From: a virus
Length of the DNA stretch: 64,000 nt
Virus record (IMG/VR): IMGVR_UViG_3300032291_002550
Span: 436 to 64,435 of that record
Strand: one strand, 5' to 3'
Positions 11,380 through 21,396 of this stretch are shown in pieces; position 1 is the stretch's first letter, and every line of letters starts with the position of its first letter. Below the pieces are notes generated by a model. The model did not search any database, was not told where the DNA came from, and saw only the letters and a list, made by a program, of their open reading frames with translations. The translations under genes and the position numbers were made by a program.

Positions 11380-12008
11380 TGAATATAATTTATATACATG
11401 GATTTAAATCTGCTGGCGAAGGAGATAAATCTAATCAACTTAAGACATATTTCTCCAAGTATGGACAAAAAGTAAATATAATTAGCCCTACATTATCAGC
11501 CAATCCTAAAGAAGCCGTAAATACATTATCTTCAATTATTAAAGGTACTAAGGGTCCTGTTATTGTTGTAGGTACTTCATTAGGCGGATTTTATGCTTTA
11601 TATTGTGCGGCTAGATTTGATGTCCCGGCATTTGTAATTAATCCATCGTTAGAGCCTCATAAATCCTTAGCTAAGGATATCGGGACACATACGCGCTATG
11701 GAAGTGGCGAGCCATATGAATTTAAGAAAGAATATTTAGATTCATTAAAGTTTTTATTTGATGCTATTCAATCATCATCTATTACATCATCAAATTTACA
11801 TTTTTATATTTCTTCTGATGATGAACGTTTAACGTTTGATAAATTAGATCAATACTTTCCGTATAGAAAAACTTTAAAGAAGTTTGAAAATGCGGGTCAT
11901 AGATTTTCTAGATTCAACGAAATATTACCAGATATTGAAAATGTCGTAAAAGAATTAAATTTTATTACAGAAGCTTTGAAAAGAAATAAAAATTTATTAT
12001 ATATTTAA
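11379..12008 (+). CDS. Alpha/beta-hydrolase (YqiA/UPF0227-like esterase)
   Basis: IYIHGFKSAG and the nucleophile elbow VVGTSLGGFYA. Confidence 0.6.
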   Translation: MNIIYIHGFKSAGEGDKSNQLKTYFSKYGQKVNIISPTLSANPKEAVNTLSSIIKGTKGPVIVVGTSLGGFYALYCAARFDVPAFVINPSLEPHKSLAKDIGTHTRYGSGEPYEFKKEYLDSLKFLFDAIQSSSITSSNLHFYISSDDERLTFDKLDQYFPYRKTLKKFENAGHRFSRFNEILPDIENVVKELNFITEALKRNKNLLYI

Positions 12009-12023
12009 GTAAATAAAAAAGTT

Positions 12024-12413
12024 ATGGAAGAAAATTTTTATATCACAAAAGAAGTGATAAAAGATATAGAACATTCAGAAATTGATTATCTAATTCATGA
12101 AGAATTTGGTTATGATTATGAAAATGATCAAGAATTAGTTGAAATAGAAATCGGTAATGGCGAAGTTACAAATGCACCAATTAGTATTGATTTGATGATT
12201 AAGACATTTCAGGAATTAAAAGAACAAGGTGCAACGCACGTTTCTCTTGATTATCACTGCGACCATATTGGGTATGAAATGACAGGATATAAAATATATC
12301 ATTCAACAGAAGATCAAATTAAAGCTTATGAAGATAAGTTAGCAATTAATCAAGAAAAAGAGCTTAAATTAAGAGCATTACGAGAGGAATATAAAAGAAT
12401 AGAAAATGAGTAA
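12024..12413 (+). CDS. Highly acidic small protein
   Basis: 129 aa with a strongly biased D/E content. Confidence 0.45.
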   Translation: MEENFYITKEVIKDIEHSEIDYLIHEEFGYDYENDQELVEIEIGNGEVTNAPISIDLMIKTFQELKEQGATHVSLDYHCDHIGYEMTGYKIYHSTEDQIKAYEDKLAINQEKELKLRALREEYKRIENE

Positions 12414-12711
12414 GATTAAAATAAAAAAAGAAGTCTTTTTCCTTGAAAAGGATACGCCTATTACTTGGAAAGAAATTAAAGATTTCAAATTTGAAGATGA
12501 TGATATCATTGATATAGGTTCTGAAGAACCATATTATAGCGAAAATAATTCTTGGGAGGCTTTTTGTTATTGTCGTGTTGAAAGAATGGTTGAAGAGACT
12601 GATGAAGAATATGAGGATAGAATGGAAAGAAAAAAATCTACCGATTCATTATTAAAAAAGAATAGATATGAACAATATCTAAAACTTAAAAAAGAATTCG
12701 AAGTCGAATAA
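12406..12711 (+). CDS. Highly acidic small protein
   Basis: 101 aa, with EDDDIIDIGSEEPYY...EETDEEYEDRMERKK. Confidence 0.45.
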   Translation: MSKIKIKKEVFFLEKDTPITWKEIKDFKFEDDDIIDIGSEEPYYSENNSWEAFCYCRVERMVEETDEEYEDRMERKKSTDSLLKKNRYEQYLKLKKEFEVE

Positions 12712-12728
12712 AATAAATAAAAAAAGTT

Positions 12729-13562
12729 ATGAGTAAAATAAATAGTAATAAACTACTAATTAGTAGCGATTTTTACAGCATTCAAGGCGAGGGCATTTCA
12801 TCAGGAATACCAGCATATTTCGTAAGATTAGGAATATGTAACTTAACTTGCGGAATGTCTCGTAAATTTGCAAATCAATTGGAAAAAGATAAATCATTAG
12901 AAGATGGAGAAATCTTTGAAGGTGATTTACATAAAGAAGGTAAAGCAACTTGGACTTGTGATTCAACAAGCCAATGGTTATGGAGAGGTGAAGATAAAGA
13001 ATTCCAATATCTAATTGATAGATGGAAAGAACAAGATATCTATGAAGATATTAAGAATGGTACTATACGTATTATTTGGACTGGTGGAGAACCTACAATC
13101 AAAGGACATCAAGAAGCTATTGTCAACTTTCATAATTATTGGGCCGAACAAGGAGAGCCTACATTTAATTCTTATAGTGAAATAGAAACAAACGGAACAG
13201 TAGTAATCGAAGATCATTTATTCAGATTATTAAATCAAATCAATTGTTCTCCTAAATTATCTAACTCAGGTATGACTGAGAAGCAACGTATTAATCCAGA
13301 CGCTATCAAGCGTATAATGGAACATTCTAATTATCAATTTAAATTTGTTATATCCAATGAAGAAGACATTAAAGAATTATTCCGCGACTTTGTCGTACCA
13401 TTTAGCATACCGCTTTCCAATGTGGTTTGTATGCCAGGATTAGATGATGTAGCTAATTTTGAAGAACGTACTCAATTTGTATTAGAGATGGCTAAGAAAT
13501 ATAAGTTTAGAGGATTAACAAGATTGCACATTGCGGCATGGAATAAGACGTTAAATGTTTAA
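12729..13562 (+). CDS. queE: 7-carboxy-7-deazaguanine synthase (radical SAM QueE)
   Basis: N-terminal SIQGEGISSGIPAYFVRLGICNLTC matches the QueE signature EGxxxGxPxxFVRxxGCNLxC. Third Cys is distal (WTC). Confidence 0.75.
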   Translation: MSKINSNKLLISSDFYSIQGEGISSGIPAYFVRLGICNLTCGMSRKFANQLEKDKSLEDGEIFEGDLHKEGKATWTCDSTSQWLWRGEDKEFQYLIDRWKEQDIYEDIKNGTIRIIWTGGEPTIKGHQEAIVNFHNYWAEQGEPTFNSYSEIETNGTVVIEDHLFRLLNQINCSPKLSNSGMTEKQRINPDAIKRIMEHSNYQFKFVISNEEDIKELFRDFVVPFSIPLSNVVCMPGLDDVANFEERTQFVLEMAKKYKFRGLTRLHIAAWNKTLNV

Positions 13563-13565
13563 GTT

Positions 13566-13985
13566 ATGGATAAAGAACTAGAACAGTTTAAACAGTTTGA
13601 GCCTAAAAACTCTAATCGTTTTTATGTTAAATTTGGAGACCCATTTAATATACCTATTTATGTAATTAAAGAAGTTCAAAGACCTTCATTTAAAATGGCT
13701 AACTGCGGCATACAATGGAATGATATGATTTTTACTATGTATGACCCAATTAATCCATCAACATCTCAGGCTATCTTCGAAGGATTAAGAAAGTTAAGAA
13801 TGCAAGATTCTCAACAAATTAAAATTAATCTAAAGTTATTAGGCCCGATTGGGGATTCTATAGAATTATGGGATATTGTTGGGACTATAGATTATATAGA
13901 TTTTGGATATTTAGATTGGAATAGCGGTGACCCTCTTAATATAAAAGTAAATATTAAAGTACTACATGCAATATTACAATATTAA
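13566..13985 (+). CDS. Hypothetical protein
   Basis: 139-aa ORF. Confidence 0.45.
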   Translation: MDKELEQFKQFEPKNSNRFYVKFGDPFNIPIYVIKEVQRPSFKMANCGIQWNDMIFTMYDPINPSTSQAIFEGLRKLRMQDSQQIKINLKLLGPIGDSIELWDIVGTIDYIDFGYLDWNSGDPLNIKVNIKVLHAILQY

Positions 13986-13997
13986 AAACATATAAGT

Positions 13998-14141
13998 ATG
14001 AAAACAAGAGACGAACAAATTGATGATATCGCGAGGCATATAGCTCGAGGAGGATGGTCCTCTATTAGAGCATATGTCGAAGATCACATTCAAGATTGGG
14101 AATTAGAAGATGAAGATGAAATCAATACTGAAGAAGATTAA
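13998..14141 (+). CDS. Small acidic hypothetical protein (47 aa); alternative to, or overlapping, track ORF 14110..14307
   Basis: ORF MKTRDEQIDDIARHIARGGWSSIRAYVEDHIQDWELEDEDEINTEED, preceded by tataagtATG. Confidence 0.3.
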   Translation: MKTRDEQIDDIARHIARGGWSSIRAYVEDHIQDWELEDEDEINTEED

Positions 14142-14307
14142 ACTCAAATTTCATTATATAGGTAATGAAAATACATGGAGCTTTCTTCCTACAATACAAG
14201 GTTGGTATGTTGACTTAAAAAAATATAACCATGGGGATAATTACGCAATAGTTCTAAGATTTTTAAATAAAGCTGTTGGAATAAATATTTGCATAAAAAA
14301 TAAATAA
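14110..14307 (+). CDS. Small hypothetical protein
   Basis: 65-aa ORF. Its coding status is uncertain because it overlaps 13998..14141. Confidence 0.25.
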   Translation: MKMKSILKKIKLKFHYIGNENTWSFLPTIQGWYVDLKKYNHGDNYAIVLRFLNKAVGINICIKNK

Positions 14308-14311
14308 AGTT

Positions 14312-14548
14312 ATGAGTAAATATAGAATTACAGAAAAAGTAAATGGATTAGGAGAAAAGACATTCCATTTAGAAGAAGATAGACTTTTTGGATGGCATGA
14401 AGTTTATTATTCGATGGGACATGAATACTCTGCTCCTATTTATCATAAAACATTAGAAGATGCTATAGCTGAAAGAGATAGATTATTAGCAGCTGAAAAA
14501 CATGAAAAATTGGCTAACACAATAATATCAACTAAAGTAATAGAATGA
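14312..14548 (+). CDS. Small hypothetical protein
   Basis: 78 aa with the aagttATG context. Confidence 0.45.
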   Translation: MSKYRITEKVNGLGEKTFHLEEDRLFGWHEVYYSMGHEYSAPIYHKTLEDAIAERDRLLAAEKHEKLANTIISTKVIE

Positions 14549-14715
14549 AAAAGAATCAAATGGCAGCAGAAATGGTCAACAATTATATTGATAAAGTAAT
14601 TGAATCACTTACAGCACAAAGAGATAGTTTAAATGAACTTATCACAAACTGTGAAGAAATTAGAACGAATATATTAAATGAAATAAATAATACTACACAA
14701 ATTAATAATAAATAA
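14545..14715 (+). CDS. Small hypothetical protein (56 aa), not in the ORF track
   Basis: ORF MKKNQMAAEMVNNYIDKVIESLTAQRDSLNELITNCEEIRTNILNEINNTTQINNK with an ATGA overlap onto the upstream gene. Confidence 0.35.
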   Translation: MKKNQMAAEMVNNYIDKVIESLTAQRDSLNELITNCEEIRTNILNEINNTTQINNK

Positions 14716-14719
14716 AGTC

Positions 14720-15019
14720 ATGATAACAAGTAAACCATTAGGAGATAGAGTCTTAGTAGAAGCTCTTCCTAAAAATGAAGAAAAAACAACAGAAGCAGGA
14801 TTTTTTATTCCTGATTCAGCATCAACAGAAGATGTAAAATTTACAACAGTAGTAGCCGTAGGTGATGGTATCTTTACACAAAGCGGAACGCCAATTCCTA
14901 TGTCAGTAAAAGTAGGAGATAAAGTAGTTCTTCCTCCGTATCATCAAGGAAATGATATTAAGATTGACGGTAAAGATTATATTATTTTAAGAGAGTCTGA
15001 ATTATTAATGGTTCTGTAA
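14720..15019 (+). CDS. groES: Co-chaperonin GroES (Hsp10)
   Basis: PLGDRVLVE...EKTTEAGFFIP...VVAVGDG...VKVGDKVV...ILRESELLMV aligns along the full length of bacterial GroES. Confidence 0.85.
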   Translation: MITSKPLGDRVLVEALPKNEEKTTEAGFFIPDSASTEDVKFTTVVAVGDGIFTQSGTPIPMSVKVGDKVVLPPYHQGNDIKIDGKDYIILRESELLMVL

Positions 15020-15055
15020 TTTGGTTTTTACAGTTGTTTCTCTTATATTAATGAT

Positions 15056-16240
15056 ATGATAAAGAAAAATTTATTCTATTTCGGGTTAGAACCCTTAAAA
15101 TCAAGATATACATTTCAGCTATCAACACGTTGGATGCCAGAAGCGTTTGAGCTTCAAAATGATAAAATTAATTTTATTGATGTAACGGGTGAGTTTGATG
15201 AAGATGCAGAAATTAAAGTAGGTGCAGTATTAGATGCTGTAGGTCGTGGTAAGTTTGCAATGAGCCAGTGCTCGAACTTTTTGGAATGTATTAGGCAAGG
15301 TCATGTAAAAGATGGAGATATTATCTTCTTGCAAGATTTTTGGACTCCGGGTATTGAAAGTATCTTTTATGCTTTAGACCTTTACGGTTATAAAGATATT
15401 AAGTTTTACGCTCGTAATTGGGCTCAATCTTCGGACGAATATGATTTTACCTTTGCAATGAGAAAGTGGATGAGACATTACGAATTGGGGCTAGATAAGC
15501 GTTTAAATGGTATGTTCGTTGGAAGTACTTTACATAGAGATTTGTTAAGAGCTGATGGGTTTACTTGTCCGATACATGTTGTATCTATGCCAGTTTCAGC
15601 AGAAGAAATAAGAAGTAAAGTTCCAGGTTGGAAAGAAAAGTTACTAGAACCGAAGAAAAATGTAGTTATGTTTTCATCTAGATTGGATAAAGAAAAAAAT
15701 CCATTCTTTATGCTTGAGGTAGCTAAGAAGTTCTTAAGAGAAAATCCTAATTTCCAATGGCACGTTACTACATCTGGTAAAGAATTAAGAAGTATGCTTC
15801 CGGGCGTAATAGATGCTTTTAGATTATATGCTAAAGAAGAATCTAGATTCAAATTATTAGAAGGATTAACTAAAGAAGAATATTATGAGGAATTAGCATC
15901 CAATGCTATCATCTTTAATTCTTCTTTACAAGATTGGGTATCATTTACAATTGTAGAAGGAACAGCATTTGGTATTGATGTAGTATATCCTAATTTTAGA
16001 GGATTTCCAGAACAAGTACCAGCAAATAGAATGTATACTCCTTTTGATGTAGACTCGGCAGTTAAGGTATTAGATACAACTATTGATGATATGGCTTATA
16101 ATGGAAGCACTAATTATGGTATTGTTGAGAGAAGCGACTTGGGAAGAAGAACAGAAGCTTGGATTGTAGCTAATAATCCTGATTTTGAATTAAATATTTG
16201 GCATGAAGCTGAATTATGTACAGAACTATTAAAAAAATAA
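15056..16240 (+). CDS. Putative GT-B fold glycosyltransferase (paralogue of 20285..21379; T4 beta-glucosyltransferase-like C-terminus)
   Basis: Shares the D(F/A)W(T/N)P(G/A)I motif and overall layout with ORF 20285. It is ~400 aa, the size of T4 DNA glucosyltransferases. Confidence 0.45.
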   Translation: MIKKNLFYFGLEPLKSRYTFQLSTRWMPEAFELQNDKINFIDVTGEFDEDAEIKVGAVLDAVGRGKFAMSQCSNFLECIRQGHVKDGDIIFLQDFWTPGIESIFYALDLYGYKDIKFYARNWAQSSDEYDFTFAMRKWMRHYELGLDKRLNGMFVGSTLHRDLLRADGFTCPIHVVSMPVSAEEIRSKVPGWKEKLLEPKKNVVMFSSRLDKEKNPFFMLEVAKKFLRENPNFQWHVTTSGKELRSMLPGVIDAFRLYAKEESRFKLLEGLTKEEYYEELASNAIIFNSSLQDWVSFTIVEGTAFGIDVVYPNFRGFPEQVPANRMYTPFDVDSAVKVLDTTIDDMAYNGSTNYGIVERSDLGRRTEAWIVANNPDFELNIWHEAELCTELLKK

Positions 16241-16857
16241 CAATGAAGAATTTTAAACAATACACTGAAGAAGAAAAAAATGAAATCATAGAAACTGCCA
16301 GTAAGCATTATTATGATTTCATGAAGGCCTTAGGATTAGATCCTGATTCAAATCCACATGAAATAGATACGCCAAGAAGAGTATCTAAATCATTTGTTAA
16401 CGATTTGATTAAATCAAAGTTTAATGAGCCACCTAAGATTACAGCATTTTCTAACACAGATGGATATGACGGAATGGTATTTCAAGGAGATATTAATGTT
16501 AAGTCTATTTGTAGCCATCATCATTTGCCGTTCACCGGTAAAGCATATGTAGCATATCTTCCAGCGCCAGATGGTAAAGTAATTGGTTTAAGTAAGTTAA
16601 ATCGTGTTGTAGATTATTTTTGTCGTATGCCGCAAGTCCAAGAAAATTTAACTGAACAGATAAGCGCGTATTTAAATAAAACATGTGAAGGTAATTTAGG
16701 TGTTGCAGTAGTAATAGAAGCAGGACATCAATGCGCGTGTTTAAGAGGTATACAGCATGATTCGACAATGATGACATCAAAATTAACTGGTGCATTTAAA
16801 GCTGATGCTGCTACCCGCGATGAATTTTATAAGTTTATAGGATATCTTAAAAAATAA
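16216..16857 (+). CDS. folE: GTP cyclohydrolase I (FolE)
   Basis: SICSHHHLPFTGKAYVAYLP matches the FolE CEHHLVPF zinc/active-site motif. Confidence 0.9.
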   Translation: MYRTIKKITMKNFKQYTEEEKNEIIETASKHYYDFMKALGLDPDSNPHEIDTPRRVSKSFVNDLIKSKFNEPPKITAFSNTDGYDGMVFQGDINVKSICSHHHLPFTGKAYVAYLPAPDGKVIGLSKLNRVVDYFCRMPQVQENLTEQISAYLNKTCEGNLGVAVVIEAGHQCACLRGIQHDSTMMTSKLTGAFKADAATRDEFYKFIGYLKK

Positions 16858-16858
16858 A

Positions 16859-17356
16859 ATGGCCCAGTATAGTACATCATTAACAGAAAGATTTCCAGTA
16901 ACCGGTACTAAAGGACAAATCGGAGAAGAGTGGCTTAAGTCAATATTACAGTCATATGGTTATGAAGTAACTGATTATGCAGGTCAAGTAGAACATCAAA
17001 AGCGCGGTTATGACTTTAGTATTAAGAAACCAGAATGGTTACGAGAATATTATCTAGATTGTAAAAATAATTTGTATTGTGATTGGGAATTGCATTTTAA
17101 AATAGAGATTGAAGATCATGGAAAGCTCGGTTGGTTTTTTTCGAGCCGAGCTGATCGAATCTATCATGTAAACCCATATACTAATACCTATATAATGTAT
17201 GATTTAAATGAAATGCGTAAATTGGTAGTAGATGCCTTATTAACTAATAATACTACGTTATTTAAAAGAGTAGATTATAAAGGGGCAATTCTTCTGCAGT
17301 TTGATATTACTCAAAACAATAAAGGATTATATCCTATAACAATAAAAAAACATTAA
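16859..17356 (+). CDS. Hypothetical protein
   Basis: 165-aa ORF between folE and the DNA polymerase gene. Confidence 0.45.
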   Translation: MAQYSTSLTERFPVTGTKGQIGEEWLKSILQSYGYEVTDYAGQVEHQKRGYDFSIKKPEWLREYYLDCKNNLYCDWELHFKIEIEDHGKLGWFFSSRADRIYHVNPYTNTYIMYDLNEMRKLVVDALLTNNTTLFKRVDYKGAILLQFDITQNNKGLYPITIKKH

Positions 17357-17359
17357 TAA

Positions 17360-19903
17360 ATGTATAAAAACGTATATTACGACAGAACAAATAACGAAGT
17401 TATTGTGTGGGATGACAAAAAGGGACGTCTTAACTTTAAATATAAAAAATACGCATATATCAAAGCCCCAAATGGAAAATATACTGCTTTAGACGGTAAT
17501 CGTGTAGAGAAAGTATATAATTGGGATAGAGAGGATGAACAAAGAGGAATTATATATGAATCAGATGTGAAGCCTGAATTACGTATTCTAATCGATAATT
17601 ACGGAGACACAGATGATATTTCAGAAGATATAACTACATTATTTTTTGATATTGAAGTATCTAAAGGAGATGGATATTCTACTCCATGGGAAGCTGATAA
17701 TGAAGTAACAGCAATAACTTTATATGATAATATTTCAAAAGATTGGAATGTATTATTATTGGATAAAGAACATTTAACAAAAAATAAAAGAACAGATAAA
17801 TATATCTTCGAAGCATTTTCGTCTGAAAAAGATTTATTAATGCGATTCTTTCAACTTTATCTAGAAATTAGCCCAGACATTTTAACAGGATGGAATATAG
17901 ATGGTTTTGACGTTCCTTATATCTATAACAGAACTAAAAAGCTTTTAGGAGCTAATGTTGCTAAACAATTAAGTCCAGTAGGAGTAGTTTCAAAAGACTT
18001 CCGTAAAGACAGAATGAATATTGGTGGTGTAGCTGCACTAGATTATATGTATTTGTATAAAGCATTTACTTATAACGAAGAACCTTCTTATGCTTTAGAA
18101 TTTATATCTCAAAAAGAATTAGGTCGCGGAAAGATTCAGTATGAAGGAGACTTAGATAATCTTTATAAACAAGATTTAGAAAAGTTTATTGAGTATAATA
18201 TTAATGACGTTCAATTGGTTGTAGACTTAGATGAGAAACTAGACTTTATTACATTAGCAAGAAACATTGCTCATAAAGGACATGTTCCTTATGAAGATGT
18301 ATTTGCATCTAGTAGATATTTGGATGGAGCTTGTCTTACTTACTTAAATCGACTAGGAGTTATTGCTACTAATAAACCCTTAAGAGAAGAAAGTGACGAA
18401 GATGAAGATTCTGACGAAAATGGATTTGAAGGAGCATTTGTAAAAGATCCTAAACCAGGATTGTATGAATGGGTATTTGACTTAGATTTAAAAGCCTTAT
18501 ATCCTTCAACTCAAAGAACGGTTAATATATCTCCTGAAACTAAGGTATGTAAGATTGAAAATTGGGACCATGTAAAATTCATGAAGAATGATGAAACTTA
18601 TGTATATAAGTATAAATCTAAATCTTGGAAAGGAATGGAGCTAAGAAAATTCTTAGAAGAAAATAATTTCTCTATCTCAGCTGTTGGTGTAATATATGAT
18701 CTTAAAACAAAAGGATTAGTTCCATCTATCTTAGAAAAGTGGGATACAGAAAGAACAGAATATCGACAACTTGCAAAGAAATATGGTGAAGGTGGTAATG
18801 AAAAAATGTATCGTTTCTTTGACTCTCGTCAATTAACTATGAAGATTTTATCTAACTCTTTATATGGTGTATTAGGAAATGCTGGATTTAGATTTTATGA
18901 TATTGATAATGCTGAAGGAACTACATTAGGAGGTAAAGCAGTTATTATGCATAAAACAAATTATGCTAATAATTGGCTAAACCAAAAATTAGGAACGAGT
19001 GGCATTGATTATGTATTGTATATTGATACGGATTCTGCATTCTTCTCAGCAATGCCGTTAATTAAAAAGATGCAAAGAAACCAAGGACGTGAATTAACTA
19101 GAGATGAATGTGCAGATATTACTTTTAAATTAGCCGTAGCTTGTGAAAGTGTTATTAATTCAACGTTTGATGAATTTGCAAAGAACGCATTTAATGCAAC
19201 AGAACATCATTTCCAAACAAAACAAGAATATGTATCTGAAACGGCAATATGGATTGCAAAGAAAAGATATGCTCAAAAAATTATCTCTGAAAAGGGTGTA
19301 AGTATATCTAAAATGACAAATGGTAAAAAAGAATACAAACTAGATGTAAAAGGATTGGATGTTGTAAGATCTTCATTTCCAAAAGCATTTAGAGGATTTA
19401 TGTCAGGCATTATTATTGATATTCTTAATAAAGCAGAAAAGCAAGAAATTGTTGATAAGATATTTGATCTTAAAGACTCATTACCTACATTAGACATTTA
19501 TGATATTATGACTATATCTGGTATTAAAGAATTAAGTAAGTATCCTTGTAAGAAAACAGGTTCTATATTTAAAACAAGACCAAAAGGAATGCCTATTCAT
19601 GCTAAATCTTGTGCAAATTTTAATGACCTATTAGAGCACTTTAAAATTAATTCAATGGCGCCTATTAGTGATGGAGATAAAATAAAATGGACTTACTTAA
19701 AACCTAACCGATTAGGTATTGAAACCTTAGCGCTAACGGGCTTTAATGATCCAATGGATATCTATTCTATCGTTAAGGAACATATTGATTATACGAGCAT
19801 CTTTGAAGCTTCCTTAGAAAATAAACTTAATGACTTTTTCGTTGCATTGGGATGGTCGGAAGTTCCTAAGAATAATCACGGAAAAAAATTCTTTGAATTT
19901 TAA
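17360..19903 (+). CDS. DNA polymerase, family B (T4 gp43-like)
   Basis: Exo I FDIEVS, Pol motif A DLDLKALYPS, motif C YIDTDSAFF. 847 aa. Confidence 0.9.
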   Translation: MYKNVYYDRTNNEVIVWDDKKGRLNFKYKKYAYIKAPNGKYTALDGNRVEKVYNWDREDEQRGIIYESDVKPELRILIDNYGDTDDISEDITTLFFDIEVSKGDGYSTPWEADNEVTAITLYDNISKDWNVLLLDKEHLTKNKRTDKYIFEAFSSEKDLLMRFFQLYLEISPDILTGWNIDGFDVPYIYNRTKKLLGANVAKQLSPVGVVSKDFRKDRMNIGGVAALDYMYLYKAFTYNEEPSYALEFISQKELGRGKIQYEGDLDNLYKQDLEKFIEYNINDVQLVVDLDEKLDFITLARNIAHKGHVPYEDVFASSRYLDGACLTYLNRLGVIATNKPLREESDEDEDSDENGFEGAFVKDPKPGLYEWVFDLDLKALYPSTQRTVNISPETKVCKIENWDHVKFMKNDETYVYKYKSKSWKGMELRKFLEENNFSISAVGVIYDLKTKGLVPSILEKWDTERTEYRQLAKKYGEGGNEKMYRFFDSRQLTMKILSNSLYGVLGNAGFRFYDIDNAEGTTLGGKAVIMHKTNYANNWLNQKLGTSGIDYVLYIDTDSAFFSAMPLIKKMQRNQGRELTRDECADITFKLAVACESVINSTFDEFAKNAFNATEHHFQTKQEYVSETAIWIAKKRYAQKIISEKGVSISKMTNGKKEYKLDVKGLDVVRSSFPKAFRGFMSGIIIDILNKAEKQEIVDKIFDLKDSLPTLDIYDIMTISGIKELSKYPCKKTGSIFKTRPKGMPIHAKSCANFNDLLEHFKINSMAPISDGDKIKWTYLKPNRLGIETLALTGFNDPMDIYSIVKEHIDYTSIFEASLENKLNDFFVALGWSEVPKNNHGKKFFEF

Positions 19904-19925
19904 TTAGTTTTTATTATATTATATT

Positions 19926-20285
19926 ATGAAAGATTTAAAAACCACTGTAATGGTCAAGTTATCAGTAGATGCTTGTCATAACTTTCCTTTAGCTGCGGAA
20001 TTATTTCCTGAGGTAGATTTCCTAGCAGATAGACATAGACATATGTTTCATTTTACTTTATCAAAAAAAGTATTTCATGACGATCGAGATGTAGAGTTTA
20101 TCATGTTCAAGAGAGATGTATTAGAATATCTTTTAGAAAAATATTATGATCATAGTACTAGAACACATGAATTTGGAGCTCAATCCTGTGAAATGTTAGC
20201 CAAAGAGCTATTAAATGAATTTGATTGTGAATGGGTTGAATGTTGGGAAGATAATGAAAATGGCGCTCGCTGCGAATTAGTATAA
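19926..20285 (+). CDS. Hypothetical protein
   Basis: 119-aa ORF. Confidence 0.45.
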   Translation: MKDLKTTVMVKLSVDACHNFPLAAELFPEVDFLADRHRHMFHFTLSKKVFHDDRDVEFIMFKRDVLEYLLEKYYDHSTRTHEFGAQSCEMLAKELLNEFDCEWVECWEDNENGARCELV

Positions 20286-21379
20286 TGAAAACAATCTATA
20301 TCTTAGACAGTAAGACGATTGAATTAAAATATATACGTAATTGGCAAAATAATCTTCAAGAATGTTTAGAGGAGTTTATTCAAAAGAAATCACTTAAATA
20401 TCAAGTAAAAACTCTTTATGATATTCAACCGAACCCATTATCAATTATAGATAATAGTCCTTTAACATTTAAAGATATTGTAAATCAACAAGCTTCGCAG
20501 TCTACCAGATTTGCGGAGCTCTTTTACAATAAAGAAGTACACCAAGGAGATCATTTTATTTTTATGGATGCTTGGAACCCTGCTATCTTTCAATTACGTT
20601 ATTTATCTACAGTATATCGTATACCTATTTGGATTCATGGATTTTGGCAAACCGGATCATTTAATAAAACATCTTATCTAGCATTTGCCAAAACATTAAC
20701 ATGGCAAAAAAATGCAGAACGAGCTTTAGTAGCTGCTATTAATCATAACTATTATGATAGCGATTATCATTTATCTTTACTTAAAAGCTTATTCAAAACA
20801 TTCGGAGCAAAGAATTTATTTAATAATCCAGGAAGAGTTCAAAAAGCTGGTCCTCCAATGACTCATGTACGTGATTATGCCGAGCAATTTAAAAAAACAA
20901 AGAAACGCGATATGATTTTATTTGCTGATAAAGGTACAGTAGATCGTAACATGATTATTTTTCGTGAACTGCAACGAGCAATGCCTCAATATGAATGGGT
21001 TTGTATAGAAGATAAAATGCCAAATGAAACTCAGTATCATGGATTATTAGCTTCTTCTAAATACGTATTAATCTTAGATTTAATTGATTCTTCTTCTATA
21101 ACAGCTTTTGAAGCCATGATGCACGGAGCAATACCATTAGCACCTGACAGATTAAACTTTAAAGAAATTGTACCAGAGAAATGGAGATATCCTTCGGAAT
21201 GGACATTAAGTTATTTAAATTACACGGAAAATTATACAGTAATTATAGATTATATCAAAGACCGTATGGAGAACTATGATACATATAAAGAAGGTATTGA
21301 AGAATGGGCGAAATATTTAGATACAAATTATTATAGAGTAGATGCGTTAAAAAATAACGTTTTTTATTTGGAACAATAA
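20285..21379 (+). CDS. Putative GT-B fold glycosyltransferase (paralogue of 15056..16240)
   Basis: FMDAWNPAIFQLRYL parallels LQDFWTPGIESIFYAL in ORF 15056. C-terminal ITAFEAMMHGAIPLAPDRLNF resembles T4 BGT ITLRVWETMASDAVMLIDEEF. Confidence 0.45.
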   Translation: MKTIYILDSKTIELKYIRNWQNNLQECLEEFIQKKSLKYQVKTLYDIQPNPLSIIDNSPLTFKDIVNQQASQSTRFAELFYNKEVHQGDHFIFMDAWNPAIFQLRYLSTVYRIPIWIHGFWQTGSFNKTSYLAFAKTLTWQKNAERALVAAINHNYYDSDYHLSLLKSLFKTFGAKNLFNNPGRVQKAGPPMTHVRDYAEQFKKTKKRDMILFADKGTVDRNMIIFRELQRAMPQYEWVCIEDKMPNETQYHGLLASSKYVLILDLIDSSSITAFEAMMHGAIPLAPDRLNFKEIVPEKWRYPSEWTLSYLNYTENYTVIIDYIKDRMENYDTYKEGIEEWAKYLDTNYYRVDALKNNVFYLEQ

Positions 21380-21396
21380 TTATAATAAATATAAAC

